DNA of 64,000 nt from Bacteroidales bacterium (GTDB lineage Bacteria; Bacteroidota; Bacteroidia; Bacteroidales; WCHB1-69). Below the pieces are notes generated by a model. That model saw nothing but the letters and a program-made list of their open reading frames with translations, searched no databases and was not told the DNA's origin. Positions 17,511 to 26,802 of the stretch are shown here, one piece after another (the stretch's first letter is position 1; every line of letters begins with the position of its first letter). The translations under genes and the position numbers were made by a program. Location: NCBI GenBank assembly GCA_031553535.1, contig JAVBLM010000005.1, forward strand, positions 4,113-68,112, given 5' to 3'.

Positions 17511-18892
17511 AAACATTCAAAACTTGCCTGCAACATATAAGTGGTTTGAAGTTTATTTATGAAAATCTTCAAATACAATCCTCTATCGGACGAAAACGCT
17601 TGTTGCAACAAACTTTTATAACTGATACTACTTTGATACAACAAGAATTGGATTCAATGGAAGAAAGTATCCGGTTTTTGGAACAGGGAAGCAATAGCCG
17701 GATAATTGATTCGGTTAATCGGAATTTGGAACAAATTAATGATATTTCTCCCACGATTATACGTCTAGGCCAGAAACAGGTATTAGATGATATCGAACTC
17801 TTTGAAATCAAAAAGTTTTGTTTACTTTCGCAACAGATTGCAGATTTGTTGAATACTTCCCAGTACAATGTTGTAACCATTGATAATCCGGAAGCGGTTA
17901 TTAATTTGTTAGACCCTGAACATACACACATCCCCCATTTCTATATTTACTCGGCTTATGATCCGGAATTGGAAAAATTACGAAAGAAAATCACATCTGC
18001 ACCTGATCCGGAGAAGATGGAAGAATATCGTTGGGAAAGTGTAAAACGGGAAGATATGATCCGTGCAGATATTGCAGAGAAACTATTACCGTATCATAAA
18101 CTACTGGAACAGAATCTGGAACAAATGGCCATACTGGATATCTTATGGAGTAAGGCTGAACAGGCTTTGAAATTGGGTTTTTGTAAACCTACGGTTTCTT
18201 CCGGTAAAACTACTTATAAGCAGTTATTTAATCCGGAGATCAAAGAAATATTAAAAGCTTCTTCCAGGGAATTTCAATCTATTGATATTGACCTTTATTC
18301 CAGTTCCTGCCTGATTACGGGGGCTAATATGTCAGGGAAAACGGTTTTGTTGAAAACCATTGCATTATCTCAATATTTGTTTCAATTTGGGTTTTATGTA
18401 CCGGCAACTCAAGCAGCAATTATGCCTGTAGAAGAAATCGCTATCAATATTGGAGACCATCAATCGGAAACGAATGGTTTGTCTTCTTTTGCCGATGAAA
18501 TCCTGAAAGTGAATCAAATTATCAGAAAGGTGAAAAAGGGAGAAAAACTATTGGTGCTGATTGATGAACTCGCCCGTACTACCAATCCTGAAGAAGGAAA
18601 AGCATTGGTAAGTGCGTTTATCCGAATCATGTCGGAACACCATGTTATGTCGCTTATTACCACGCATTACAGTGGTATTTTAGTTCCAACCCGCAAACTA
18701 CGGGTAAAAGGACTCAAAACCAACCAGCTAACTGTAAATATTACTCCTCGAACCCTAAATGATTTCATGGATTACTCCCTTATAGAAACCCAAGAGGATG
18801 ATGTTCCCATGGAAGCCTTGAAAATTGCAGAAATATTTAATGTAGATGAAGAATTTCTGCAACTGGCAAAGAAGATGGTGAAGGGTTTATAA
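17507..18892 (+). CDS. MutS-domain-V-only ATPase (MutS-related), candidate reactivase ATPase
   Basis: 461 aa with Walker A GANMSGKT, Walker B LVLIDELARTTN and the TTHY motif. No mismatch-binding or clamp domains. Confidence 0.7.
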   Translation: MKTFKTCLQHISGLKFIYENLQIQSSIGRKRLLQQTFITDTTLIQQELDSMEESIRFLEQGSNSRIIDSVNRNLEQINDISPTIIRLGQKQVLDDIELFEIKKFCLLSQQIADLLNTSQYNVVTIDNPEAVINLLDPEHTHIPHFYIYSAYDPELEKLRKKITSAPDPEKMEEYRWESVKREDMIRADIAEKLLPYHKLLEQNLEQMAILDILWSKAEQALKLGFCKPTVSSGKTTYKQLFNPEIKEILKASSREFQSIDIDLYSSSCLITGANMSGKTVLLKTIALSQYLFQFGFYVPATQAAIMPVEEIAINIGDHQSETNGLSSFADEILKVNQIIRKVKKGEKLLVLIDELARTTNPEEGKALVSAFIRIMSEHHVMSLITTHYSGILVPTRKLRVKGLKTNQLTVNITPRTLNDFMDYSLIETQEDDVPMEALKIAEIFNVDEEFLQLAKKMVKGL

Positions 18893-18905
18893 TCAGTTCA
18901 ATGTA

Positions 18906-18926
18906 AAGTCCGCAAGGACTTTTTTA
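18906..18926 (+). terminator. intrinsic terminator at the end of lysine locus 1
   Basis: AAGTCC-GCAA-GGACTT hairpin followed by TTTTT, 14 nt after the stop. Confidence 0.65.
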
Positions 18927-18955
18927 TCCACTTTTGTTTATTTAAATAATTTTTG

Positions 18956-18963
18956 TACATTTG
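18956..18963 (+). promoter_or_regulatory. Bacteroidetes-type -7 promoter box (TAnnTTTG)
   Basis: TACATTTG, 127 nt upstream of the ATG at 19091. Confidence 0.35.
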
Positions 18964-19090
18964 TGGGACGAAATAGTTCATTATTGTAATTTGGAACATA
19001 TGAAAAACAACATGTTCTGTTTCCTGCAATATTATAGATTAAAAAGGCATGTATTTTAACACCTATAATTATTAATTAAACTGAAATATT

Positions 19091-22000
19091 ATGAGAAATT
19101 TTTTTGTATGTGTATGTATCTTCATCTCATATGGGGTATTTGCACAAAACACAGCCAGGGAGGATCAACTCCTGAAAACCATTCAAAATGAATTGAATCG
19201 AAATATGGAACAGCTAAAAAAACAAGATGTTCCAGTCTACCTGTTAAGTTACCGAGTGGATGATATCCGACAACATAACATGAGTGCTACATTCGGAGCA
19301 TTGGACTATTCAAGAGGAAAATCGGAAAGAATCTTGACAGTTCAGGTACGAGTAGGGGATAATCAGATGGATAATTTTAGAGAGTTGCGTGATGATCAGT
19401 CTTTTGGGGTTACCTTTTCTTCTTCAACAACGCTTTCTTTGGATGATGATTCCAAGTCGATAGCACTTACATTGTGGAGAGAAACAGAAAAACTTTATAA
19501 AGAAGCAGTCAGCCGTTATCGAAAAGTAAAAACAAGCACTTCTTTGGTAGTAGATTCTGAAGATAAAGCTGCTGATTATTCCGATAACACAGCGAATCAA
19601 TATTATGAAAAACCAATCTCTTTTACCGATTTCAACTTCGAGCCTTCACAATGGGAACAACGAATTAAAAAGTACAGTAAATTGTTTGCTGATAAAAAAG
19701 AAATTCATGAAGGGCAGTCAACCATGCGCTTTTTTATCGAACGAAAATATTATGTAAATAGCGAAGGAACTTCTATTGTTCAGAATTATACCAATTGCCG
19801 TTTGTTTATTACTGCCGAAACACAGGCTGATGATGGGATGAGATTACCTATATTCGAGTCTTATTATGCCCATTCTCCTGAAGGATTGCCAAGTGACAAA
19901 CAGATGATGGAAGATGCGGCAAAAATAGGCAATGTGCTTTTACAAATGCGTAATGCACCTACTGTTGATGCATATACAGGACCTGCAATATTATCTAAAG
20001 AAGCTGCAGGTGTTTTCTTTCACGAAATATTCGGTCACCGGGTGGAAGGATACCGATTGAAAAAAGAATCGGATGCGCAAACATTCAAGAAAAAAGTAGG
20101 TGAAAATATTCTTAACCCTGAAATATCTGTTGTCTTTGACCCTACAATAAAAGAATACAAAGGCAGTTTGCTCAATGGAAGTTATATGTATGATGATGAA
20201 GGAGCAAAAGGAGAAAAAGTAATCGTAGTAGAAAACGGGGTATTGAAAAATTTTCTAATGACCCGTACGCCTATTAATAACTTCCCGAAATCTAATGGAC
20301 ACGCCCGTGCACAAGCGGGAAAACAGCCTGTTTCCAGACAATCAAATTTGATTGTAGAAACTTCAAAACCATATACCGATGCCCAACTGCGGCAAATGTT
20401 GATTGATGAAATCAAGAAACAGGGGAAACCCTATGGATATTGGTTTGAAAAAGTACAGGGAGGGTTTACGATGACGGGTCGCTATATGCCTAATTCATTC
20501 AATGTTACACCAATTGAAGTTTATAGGGTTTATGCAGATGGACGACCGGACGAATTGGTACGCGGTGTTGACTTGGTGGGTACGCCCTTAGCCATGTTTT
20601 CCAAGATTGAAGCTGTCGGTGATGCGCCGGGGAATTTTGCAGGCACCTGCGGAGCTGAATCTGGTTGGGTGCAAGCAGGCTGCTGTTCCCCGGCTCTCCT
20701 TATTTCGCAAATTGAAACACAACGAAAAGATAAAAACCAATACCGTGCTCCTGTTTTGGAAAGACCCTATTCTCAAAACGCTGAGAAAGCAAATGATTTC
20801 TCAACAGTTGCTTTCAAGGCTATGGAAGACGAGCTCAAACTCAATATGGCACAACTAAAAATTGACAATCTACATCCCCTTTATTATATAAGTTACTTGG
20901 TAACGGATGGTAATACCTATAATGTAGAAGCTTCTTTGGGAGGGATTACTAATTCTAGCATTTTACCTTACAGGACGCAGGAAACAACCGTATTGGTAGG
21001 AGATAATCAACGCAATAACCTTAATTACAGTATAGGACAAAATAGCTATTATTATTCTGGTAATAGTATCGACTTGCCTATTGCCAATGAAGATGATTAT
21101 AACTCCATTCGCAGCAGTTTATGGATATCTACCGATCAGCAATACAAAGAGGCTGCAAAACAATTGGAAGAAAAAAACACAACCATTGGAGAGCAGAATA
21201 TTCCCCAAGAGGATATTGAGCTTCCTGACTTTTCATCTATACCTGTGCAAACGAAGATTATTGATTCTCCGAGGGAAAATGTAAATAGTATTAATTTGGA
21301 GAATATGGCAAAAGAGCTTTCTTTGGTTTTTGCAGATTATCCGAACTTTACGGAATCATCGATAGATATTACCGTCAATCAAACAGATGCTTTATATCTT
21401 AACAGCGAAGGTGTAAAATATAAATCACCTGCATCTATCCTGACGATCATAGCTTATGCCTCTACTGTTACCAATGACGGAGAATCTATTGCCGACAAAA
21501 TAACGATTTATTCCAACTCTTTTGCACAACTTCCTGATATGCAAACTTTAAAAGGAAATATAAAATCAATGGCCTCACTTTTAGATCAATTGCGTATTGC
21601 CCCTGTGTTGAGCAATGATGAATTATTTAAAGGTGCTATTATGTTTGAACAAGACGCAGTAGGATATCTTGTATCCCAATCGTTTTTTGAAACAACTGGC
21701 GGACTATGCGCTAAACGTAAAAAAATCGAGAAAGAAAGTTCTGCTATTCCGTATTTTACATTTATGAGCGGAAGTGCGGCAAATGAGAATAAACTGGAAA
21801 ATCAAATAGGGAAAACTGTTATTTCGAAAGATTTATCTATTATTGCTATGGACAGAACAAAAACCTATAATAACATTCCTTTAATAGGATATTATGAGAT
21901 TGATGCCGAAGGAGTCAATAGCAGTGAGTATTTTCCTTTGATTGAAAATGGAGTAATGAAAAATTTACTGAATGACCGTATCCCGACCCAAAAATTCCGC

Positions 22001-22570
22001 CAATCGAATGGGCATAAACGATTATCTACTTCAGCATACAATGTAAATACGTCCATCGCTCCGGGAGTAATCGAAATGACAAGCAAAAAAGCCACATCTA
22101 AAGATAAGATGAAAAAACAATTGATAGCGTTAGGAAAGAAAGAAAAAGCCGAATATGTTTATATCATCCGGAAAATAGATGCCAACTTTTCTCTGGATAA
22201 TATGGTTGCTAACATTACCAGGATGGTATCAGGAGACAAAAGTATAAAACCATTGTATGTTTATCGTGTTTCCGTTAATGATGGAAGCGAAACATTGGTT
22301 CGCATGGCAACTCTTTCTAATATAACCCTTGAATCGTTTAAAGATGTTGTTGCCGTATCAAATCAACAGCAAGTATATAATACGTTATTGCAAGGAGATA
22401 GTGGTGGAATGATGGGTTTCTTTTTCCGCTTTGATTCCAAAAATGGTATTCCTGCCAGCTTTATTGTTCCGGATGCTATTATTCTCAATGGACTTGAATT
22501 GAAGAAAGACAGAAGTATCATTTTAAATAAAAAACCGGTAACACCAAATCCTTTGTTGGTAGAAGAATAA
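19091..22570 (+). CDS. exported fusion of a TldD-like and a PmbA/TldE-like metallopeptidase module
   Basis: 1159 aa with a signal peptide (ISYGVFA-QN). The N-terminal half carries HExxxH (HEIFGHRVEG) and YDDEGAKGEKVIVVENGVLKNFLMTR...SNGHARA. The C-terminal half repeats the fold (DAEGVNSSEYFPLIENGVMKNLLNDR...SNGHKRL) without HExxxH. Confidence 0.75.
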   Translation: MRNFFVCVCIFISYGVFAQNTAREDQLLKTIQNELNRNMEQLKKQDVPVYLLSYRVDDIRQHNMSATFGALDYSRGKSERILTVQVRVGDNQMDNFRELRDDQSFGVTFSSSTTLSLDDDSKSIALTLWRETEKLYKEAVSRYRKVKTSTSLVVDSEDKAADYSDNTANQYYEKPISFTDFNFEPSQWEQRIKKYSKLFADKKEIHEGQSTMRFFIERKYYVNSEGTSIVQNYTNCRLFITAETQADDGMRLPIFESYYAHSPEGLPSDKQMMEDAAKIGNVLLQMRNAPTVDAYTGPAILSKEAAGVFFHEIFGHRVEGYRLKKESDAQTFKKKVGENILNPEISVVFDPTIKEYKGSLLNGSYMYDDEGAKGEKVIVVENGVLKNFLMTRTPINNFPKSNGHARAQAGKQPVSRQSNLIVETSKPYTDAQLRQMLIDEIKKQGKPYGYWFEKVQGGFTMTGRYMPNSFNVTPIEVYRVYADGRPDELVRGVDLVGTPLAMFSKIEAVGDAPGNFAGTCGAESGWVQAGCCSPALLISQIETQRKDKNQYRAPVLERPYSQNAEKANDFSTVAFKAMEDELKLNMAQLKIDNLHPLYYISYLVTDGNTYNVEASLGGITNSSILPYRTQETTVLVGDNQRNNLNYSIGQNSYYYSGNSIDLPIANEDDYNSIRSSLWISTDQQYKEAAKQLEEKNTTIGEQNIPQEDIELPDFSSIPVQTKIIDSPRENVNSINLENMAKELSLVFADYPNFTESSIDITVNQTDALYLNSEGVKYKSPASILTIIAYASTVTNDGESIADKITIYSNSFAQLPDMQTLKGNIKSMASLLDQLRIAPVLSNDELFKGAIMFEQDAVGYLVSQSFFETTGGLCAKRKKIEKESSAIPYFTFMSGSAANENKLENQIGKTVISKDLSIIAMDRTKTYNNIPLIGYYEIDAEGVNSSEYFPLIENGVMKNLLNDRIPTQKFRQSNGHKRLSTSAYNVNTSIAPGVIEMTSKKATSKDKMKKQLIALGKKEKAEYVYIIRKIDANFSLDNMVANITRMVSGDKSIKPLYVYRVSVNDGSETLVRMATLSNITLESFKDVVAVSNQQQVYNTLLQGDSGGMMGFFFRFDSKNGIPASFIVPDAIILNGLELKKDRSIILNKKPVTPNPLLVEE

Positions 22571-22578
22571 AGAATAGA

Positions 22579-22630
22579 AAAGAGCATCTTTTTGTTTTAG
22601 AAAACAGGAAGATGCTCTTTCTTTTATTTA
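22579..22630 (+). terminator. intrinsic terminator
   Basis: 12-bp stem AAAGAGCATCTT (22579-22590) / AAGATGCTCTTT (22609-22620), followed by CTTTTATTT. Confidence 0.7.
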
Positions 22631-22719
22631 AAAGAATAGGTAAGATTTACTTCAAAATATCAGAAGATTGTCGTGGATATTGAATATATCCGAAGGGAGA
22701 ATTTCATGGGATTTTATAA

Positions 22720-24213
22720 TTATTGTTTCGTTTTTAACTCTTCATATGCTCGGTAATCGGCAAGATTCCATTCCAGGAAAGACCGTTTCTTATAATTCCG
22801 GAGGAAATTGCTTCTTCGTTTTTCCATTTTGTCATAGTATTGATTATAATCCCAATAATAAGTATGATCTATATTAAAAGGAATAGCTTTCCTTTGTATC
22901 TCATCTATTTTTTGTAATTCATCCAGCGATTTAACTGTAAATGGAAGGGAAGAATCATTCAACTGTGCCATAAAACGGTATTCGATAAAAGAACGATTGC
23001 AGTGTTTGAAGTTATATTTGGCAATAATCACATCCCAGTTGAAAAGCGAAGATACAAACAGCACCAAAAGTAATGAAAGTCCGTTGATACGTAATAAAAA
23101 ATATGAACTTTTCACTTTTATTATTTTAAAGATAATACTTATCAAACCAATGGCAACCAAAGTTAAAAAGAAAATTACTGCAATCCGTTTGTATGCCAAT
23201 CCGAAATAATTAATATACCAATAATTACGTATGATAACGGAAATCGTCATAACAAGATTTTGAAATATCCAAGCACTGGTAAGTGTTTTAAGTGTTTTGT
23301 TTTTTGAATAGAAGTTCAAATTTCCATGGAAAAAATAAAGGGCAATTGCTGCTGAAATTATGACAGAAAATACCAGTACCCATGTTCCCTGATGAACAAA
23401 CTCTTTTAACATATCGCCTTCCCATGAGAAGTTGAACCAAATAGTTGTAATATCCAAATAATTAAAAAACAGTATTAATAAATTGAGCAAACTCAAAAGC
23501 ACTATTCCTGCTTTGTTTTGCATGGATAGACCGTCTTTTTTGAAAGGATAAAAGTGGCGTTTTCTTTGACGTATAAGATTATCGGAAGATGAAATATCGT
23601 TTTGATAGATAGATGTGGGAACCGTTTTTGCCAGTAATACATTGGCAACGATAACCCCTAAAATAAAAAACAAAATAATGGAAATGTTCAGTTTGCCTAA
23701 GAATTCGAAAAAAGGAAGGAACCTATTATAAAAGACAGAACTGGATGAAACATATAAAACAAAGAAAAATAAAAAGATAAGAGCGGGAAAGATAACAAAA
23801 TACAATAATTTCCGCATTGATCTGCCACCTGTGGTATTACTATCTTCTTGCCCTTTCTGAAATACCCGAGCCTGTGCAAGGAAGCTTCGGATAATTGTTT
23901 CTATTCCAAGATGTAAAAACGACTTGCTGCCTTGAAAATTTAAAGCCGTTGCCAAAGCAAACAAGAGGATAAAATTAATAAAAATAACCCAAGATGTGCT
24001 AATAAGCATAGTGAAAATTGCAGTTGTGGCGGTAGAAACTAACAGTAAAACGGTAAAGAAATTAAACTTTACCGGCCGGTTGAAATAAATCATTACCGGG
24101 ATAAGAATAACTTCAAATAACAATAAGTTTATCCCGATTGACTTTTTGTAGAATAAAACAGTAAAGAGCAGAGCCGTTAGCAGGGCAAAGACTATAAATT
24201 GGATTTTTCTCAT
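22720..24213 (-). CDS. polytopic membrane protein (DUF4153/DUF4173-like)
   Basis: 497 aa with more than 10 hydrophobic helices and a soluble C-terminal tail. The family assignment is from memory only. Confidence 0.55.
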   Translation of the reverse strand: MRKIQFIVFALLTALLFTVLFYKKSIGINLLLFEVILIPVMIYFNRPVKFNFFTVLLLVSTATTAIFTMLISTSWVIFINFILLFALATALNFQGSKSFLHLGIETIIRSFLAQARVFQKGQEDSNTTGGRSMRKLLYFVIFPALIFLFFFVLYVSSSSVFYNRFLPFFEFLGKLNISIILFFILGVIVANVLLAKTVPTSIYQNDISSSDNLIRQRKRHFYPFKKDGLSMQNKAGIVLLSLLNLLILFFNYLDITTIWFNFSWEGDMLKEFVHQGTWVLVFSVIISAAIALYFFHGNLNFYSKNKTLKTLTSAWIFQNLVMTISVIIRNYWYINYFGLAYKRIAVIFFLTLVAIGLISIIFKIIKVKSSYFLLRINGLSLLLVLFVSSLFNWDVIIAKYNFKHCNRSFIEYRFMAQLNDSSLPFTVKSLDELQKIDEIQRKAIPFNIDHTYYWDYNQYYDKMEKRRSNFLRNYKKRSFLEWNLADYRAYEELKTKQ

Positions 24214-24313
24214 AAGAAGTAAAATTATGTTTTTTATGGAACGGAATAATTATTTAAAATATTGCTATAATCCATGCCCGTTAAAAGTTTTTCCCTTTTT
24301 ATTCCTTTAATTT

Positions 24314-24427
24314 CAACAAGCAAAAAGCGACAAGGGTAAAACCGATAAAAAAATAGATAAACTTTAGCCACTAACAACTGTTGCTGTAACTTCCTGTAAC
24401 TTGTATGACTTCCCGTAACTTCTATTT
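24314..24427 (+). repeat. partial copy (core plus right end) of the MITE-like family
   Basis: Core CAACAAGCAAAAAGCGACAAGGGTAAAACCGATAAAAAAATAGATAAA plus right end GTAACTTCCTGTAACTTGTATGACTTCCCGTAACTTCTATTTT. It abuts the OmpA stop codon. Confidence 0.55.
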
Positions 24428-25137
24428 TAGTTATGTTCTTTTGTGATTTTGACTTCCGTACGCCGGTTACGCTGACGGCCTTCCGGGTTATCCGATCCGT
24501 CGGGATGAGTATTGTAATCAACGGGCATAGAAGCACCATAACCTTTTGCTGTAATTCTGGAGGCGCTTATTCCTTTTGAGACCAGATACTTCTTGACACT
24601 TTCGGCACGGGCTTGCGATAATTTCAGGTTTGCCTCATCGGAACCGATATTATCCGTATGGCCGCCTATTTCTATCTCCATTCTGCTTTTTAGCTTCATC
24701 ACTTCAACAAGATCGTTCAGCGCTTTATACGAACTGGAACGTAATGACGCCTTTCCATAATCGAATTCTACATTTTCCAATACAAAGACCTTCGCCGGTT
24801 GATACGTTATCTTTACATTCATTGTATATAACTTTCTTTCCGCAGGGACAGCAAATTCACTGTAATCCACTTCTTCTGTGAAACTCCTGTACTTTATCTT
24901 GTAGGTATCGCCAATGGGAAGTAGGATGGAAAACTTACCGTCTTTATCCGTATGGGATTTAAATATCTCCTTGCTGCTTTTTCCTAAAAAGGAAACTATT
25001 TCCCCTTCAAAGGGAACATTATTATCATCAGTTACCAGTACATTTATCAATGCTTTCGTTTCTGTGGGTTCCAATGTTTGCGAAAAGACACAGGAAGCAG
25101 ATAGTAATAAGATACTTAAAACAAATCCGTTTTTCAT
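24427..25137 (-). CDS. OmpA-family protein with an N-terminal carboxypeptidase-regulatory-like domain
   Basis: 236 aa with a signal peptide. The C-terminal OmpA motif is GHTDNIGSDEANLKLSQARAESV...RRTEV. Confidence 0.85.
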   Translation of the reverse strand: MKNGFVLSILLLSASCVFSQTLEPTETKALINVLVTDDNNVPFEGEIVSFLGKSSKEIFKSHTDKDGKFSILLPIGDTYKIKYRSFTEEVDYSEFAVPAERKLYTMNVKITYQPAKVFVLENVEFDYGKASLRSSSYKALNDLVEVMKLKSRMEIEIGGHTDNIGSDEANLKLSQARAESVKKYLVSKGISASRITAKGYGASMPVDYNTHPDGSDNPEGRQRNRRTEVKITKEHN

Positions 25138-25162
25138 ATATCAAGATTATTATAATTATCAG

Positions 25163-25170
25163 CAAAAATA
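25163..25170 (-). promoter_or_regulatory. Bacteroidetes-type -7 promoter box (TAnnTTTG)
   Basis: TATTTTTG on the minus strand, 25 nt upstream of the ATG at 25137. Confidence 0.45.
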
Positions 25171-25250
25171 CATATTATTCTTCTGCAATCAATCTGTTTT
25201 TAATGAGATTTTTCGGTCATGGATTAAATTGGCGGATTAAGCAGTTTTAC

Positions 25251-25283
25251 ACCGTTCATGTGAACGGTTCTCGTTGTTTTTTT
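25251..25283. terminator. hairpin downstream of the toxin gene
   Basis: Palindrome ACCGTTC-ATGT-GAACGGT (25251-25268). The T-run follows only on the + strand, so the function is uncertain. Confidence 0.35.
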
Positions 25284-25291
25284 AAGGAAGG

Positions 25292-25555
25292 TTATGACAA
25301 ATAATGCCCCTTCAAGGAAAGTATACGTATCTTATCTTTTAGGATTTCATACATAATACGATGTTCATCGTTAATTCTGCGAGACCAATAGCCTGAATAT
25401 TCGTATTTCAAATGTTCCGGTTTGCCCAATCCGGTTTCAGGATGTAGTTTTATATCGGCAAGCAATTGTTGTATTTTCTTTTGAATTTGTTGATTACCAC
25501 TTTTCTTCCAAAATACAATATCTTTTCTTGCTATTTCAGTAAATACTACTTCCAT
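25292..25555 (-). CDS. yoeB: YoeB/Txe-family type II toxin (mRNA interferase)
   Basis: 87 aa with typical YoeB blocks (HPETGLGKPEHLKYEYSGYWSRRINDEHR). Confidence 0.85.
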   Translation of the reverse strand: MEVVFTEIARKDIVFWKKSGNQQIQKKIQQLLADIKLHPETGLGKPEHLKYEYSGYWSRRINDEHRIMYEILKDKIRILSLKGHYLS

Positions 25556-25746
25556 AAATCTTCTATCGAAATGACTTTATCATTTTTACTGTTTTTGGAT
25601 TTTTCCAGTTTCTTCATAAATTCCTTATCATAAGGGCATTCGTCCGCTTCTGTTTTAACTTTAAAAACACCTATACTATATATAAGGTCTATCATTTTTT
25701 TAGCGATTGTGTTTCTCGCATCATATTCTAATATTATCCGTGCCAT
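25546..25746 (-). CDS. cognate antitoxin candidate (DUF2683-like)
   Basis: 66 aa, overlapping the toxin start by 10 nt. The small-protein family often paired with YoeB in Bacteroidetes is recalled from memory. Confidence 0.6.
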   Translation of the reverse strand: MARIILEYDARNTIAKKMIDLIYSIGVFKVKTEADECPYDKEFMKKLEKSKNSKNDKVISIEDLWK

Positions 25747-25773
25747 GGTTTTACTCCTTTCTATTCATTTTTA

Positions 25774-25781
25774 CAAAGGTA
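25774..25781 (-). promoter_or_regulatory. Bacteroidetes-type -7 promoter box (TAnnTTTG)
   Basis: TACCTTTG on the minus strand, 27 nt upstream of the antitoxin ATG. Confidence 0.45.
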
Positions 25782-25939
25782 CAAAAAATATACCAGTTAG
25801 ACTAAAACCTATGGAATAAATAGTCCAGCTATATTTATTGCAAGAGGTAATATAAATGTCTTATTGCATTCTAATAACCACTTACTTTCATACATTAAAA
25901 GGCCTCTATATTTACTATGTTTAACCAGATCTTGATTTT

Positions 25940-26749
25940 TTATTTGAAAAAGTCAGACATCGGCTCACAATCATCAAAGAATTGTTTGGGTGTCAAACCC
26001 GTCATTGTTTTAAAATCGTTGGTAAAGTGCGATTGGTCGTAATACCCGTTTTCATACGCCAACTCAATTAATGATGTATTTTTGTTTTTCGACTTGAAAT
26101 AAATAGTTGCCTGTAACCGGATTGTTTTCAAATATTGTTTGGGTGAAATTCCGATGTATTCAGCAAAAATCCGTTCAAACTGTTTCCTACATAAACAAGC
26201 GTGTGAAGCCAATGTGTCGATGTCAATATTTCCTTTTGTTGTTCGAATATGTTGGATTGTATTGCTGATTCGCTGAAACTCAAATTCTCGTTTATTGTCA
26301 TATAATAATTTACAGAGGCATTCTTCTACAATGTTAATTTTCGTTTGAAAAGAATTTTGTTTCGACAATTTGAATTCCAATTCACCGTACAGTTGTTTGT
26401 TGATATATTTTAAAGGGATAGTGTAGTTTAATAGTTCGATAAAAGGAAGTGGAAAGAATTGTCTTACACCTTGAGGGTGGAATGAAATAGAGAAAATCGA
26501 CAAATCTTCGGAAATAAGAATGTCGTAGTAATCGTTTTGCTGTCCACCCAAAAGGAATTTGTCTTCCAACGACCTGTTTTTTGTAAGCGCTTTTGGTTTA
26601 TGGCCTAGATACAGGATAAGTTCGGGTAATCCGCTTGGGATAATGCGTTGTGTATATTGTTCTCCTGCTTTCAATACGTTCTCAAGTCCCCAATATTGTT
26701 TAATATAGGGTTTTAACTTTTCCGATGGCTGACCAAAATGATAATTCAT
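25940..26749 (-). CDS. AraC-family transcriptional regulator
   Basis: 269 aa with a C-terminal double HTH (LAYENGYYDQSHFTNDFKTMTGLTPKQF). Confidence 0.85.
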   Translation of the reverse strand: MNYHFGQPSEKLKPYIKQYWGLENVLKAGEQYTQRIIPSGLPELILYLGHKPKALTKNRSLEDKFLLGGQQNDYYDILISEDLSIFSISFHPQGVRQFFPLPFIELLNYTIPLKYINKQLYGELEFKLSKQNSFQTKINIVEECLCKLLYDNKREFEFQRISNTIQHIRTTKGNIDIDTLASHACLCRKQFERIFAEYIGISPKQYLKTIRLQATIYFKSKNKNTSLIELAYENGYYDQSHFTNDFKTMTGLTPKQFFDDCEPMSDFFK

Positions 26750-26802
26750 ATCTTAAAAGAGGAACGGTGTCCGGGTTAACAAACACCGTTCGTTTAATTG
26801 CT

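Noticed and set aside
24234-24539. ORF 24234-24539 (-, 101 aa) and ORFs 24630-25304 (+) around the OmpA gene.
   Set aside because: The first is a translation of the MITE fragment and overlaps the OmpA 3' end. The others are antisense to OmpA or lie in its promoter region, and none matches a protein family.
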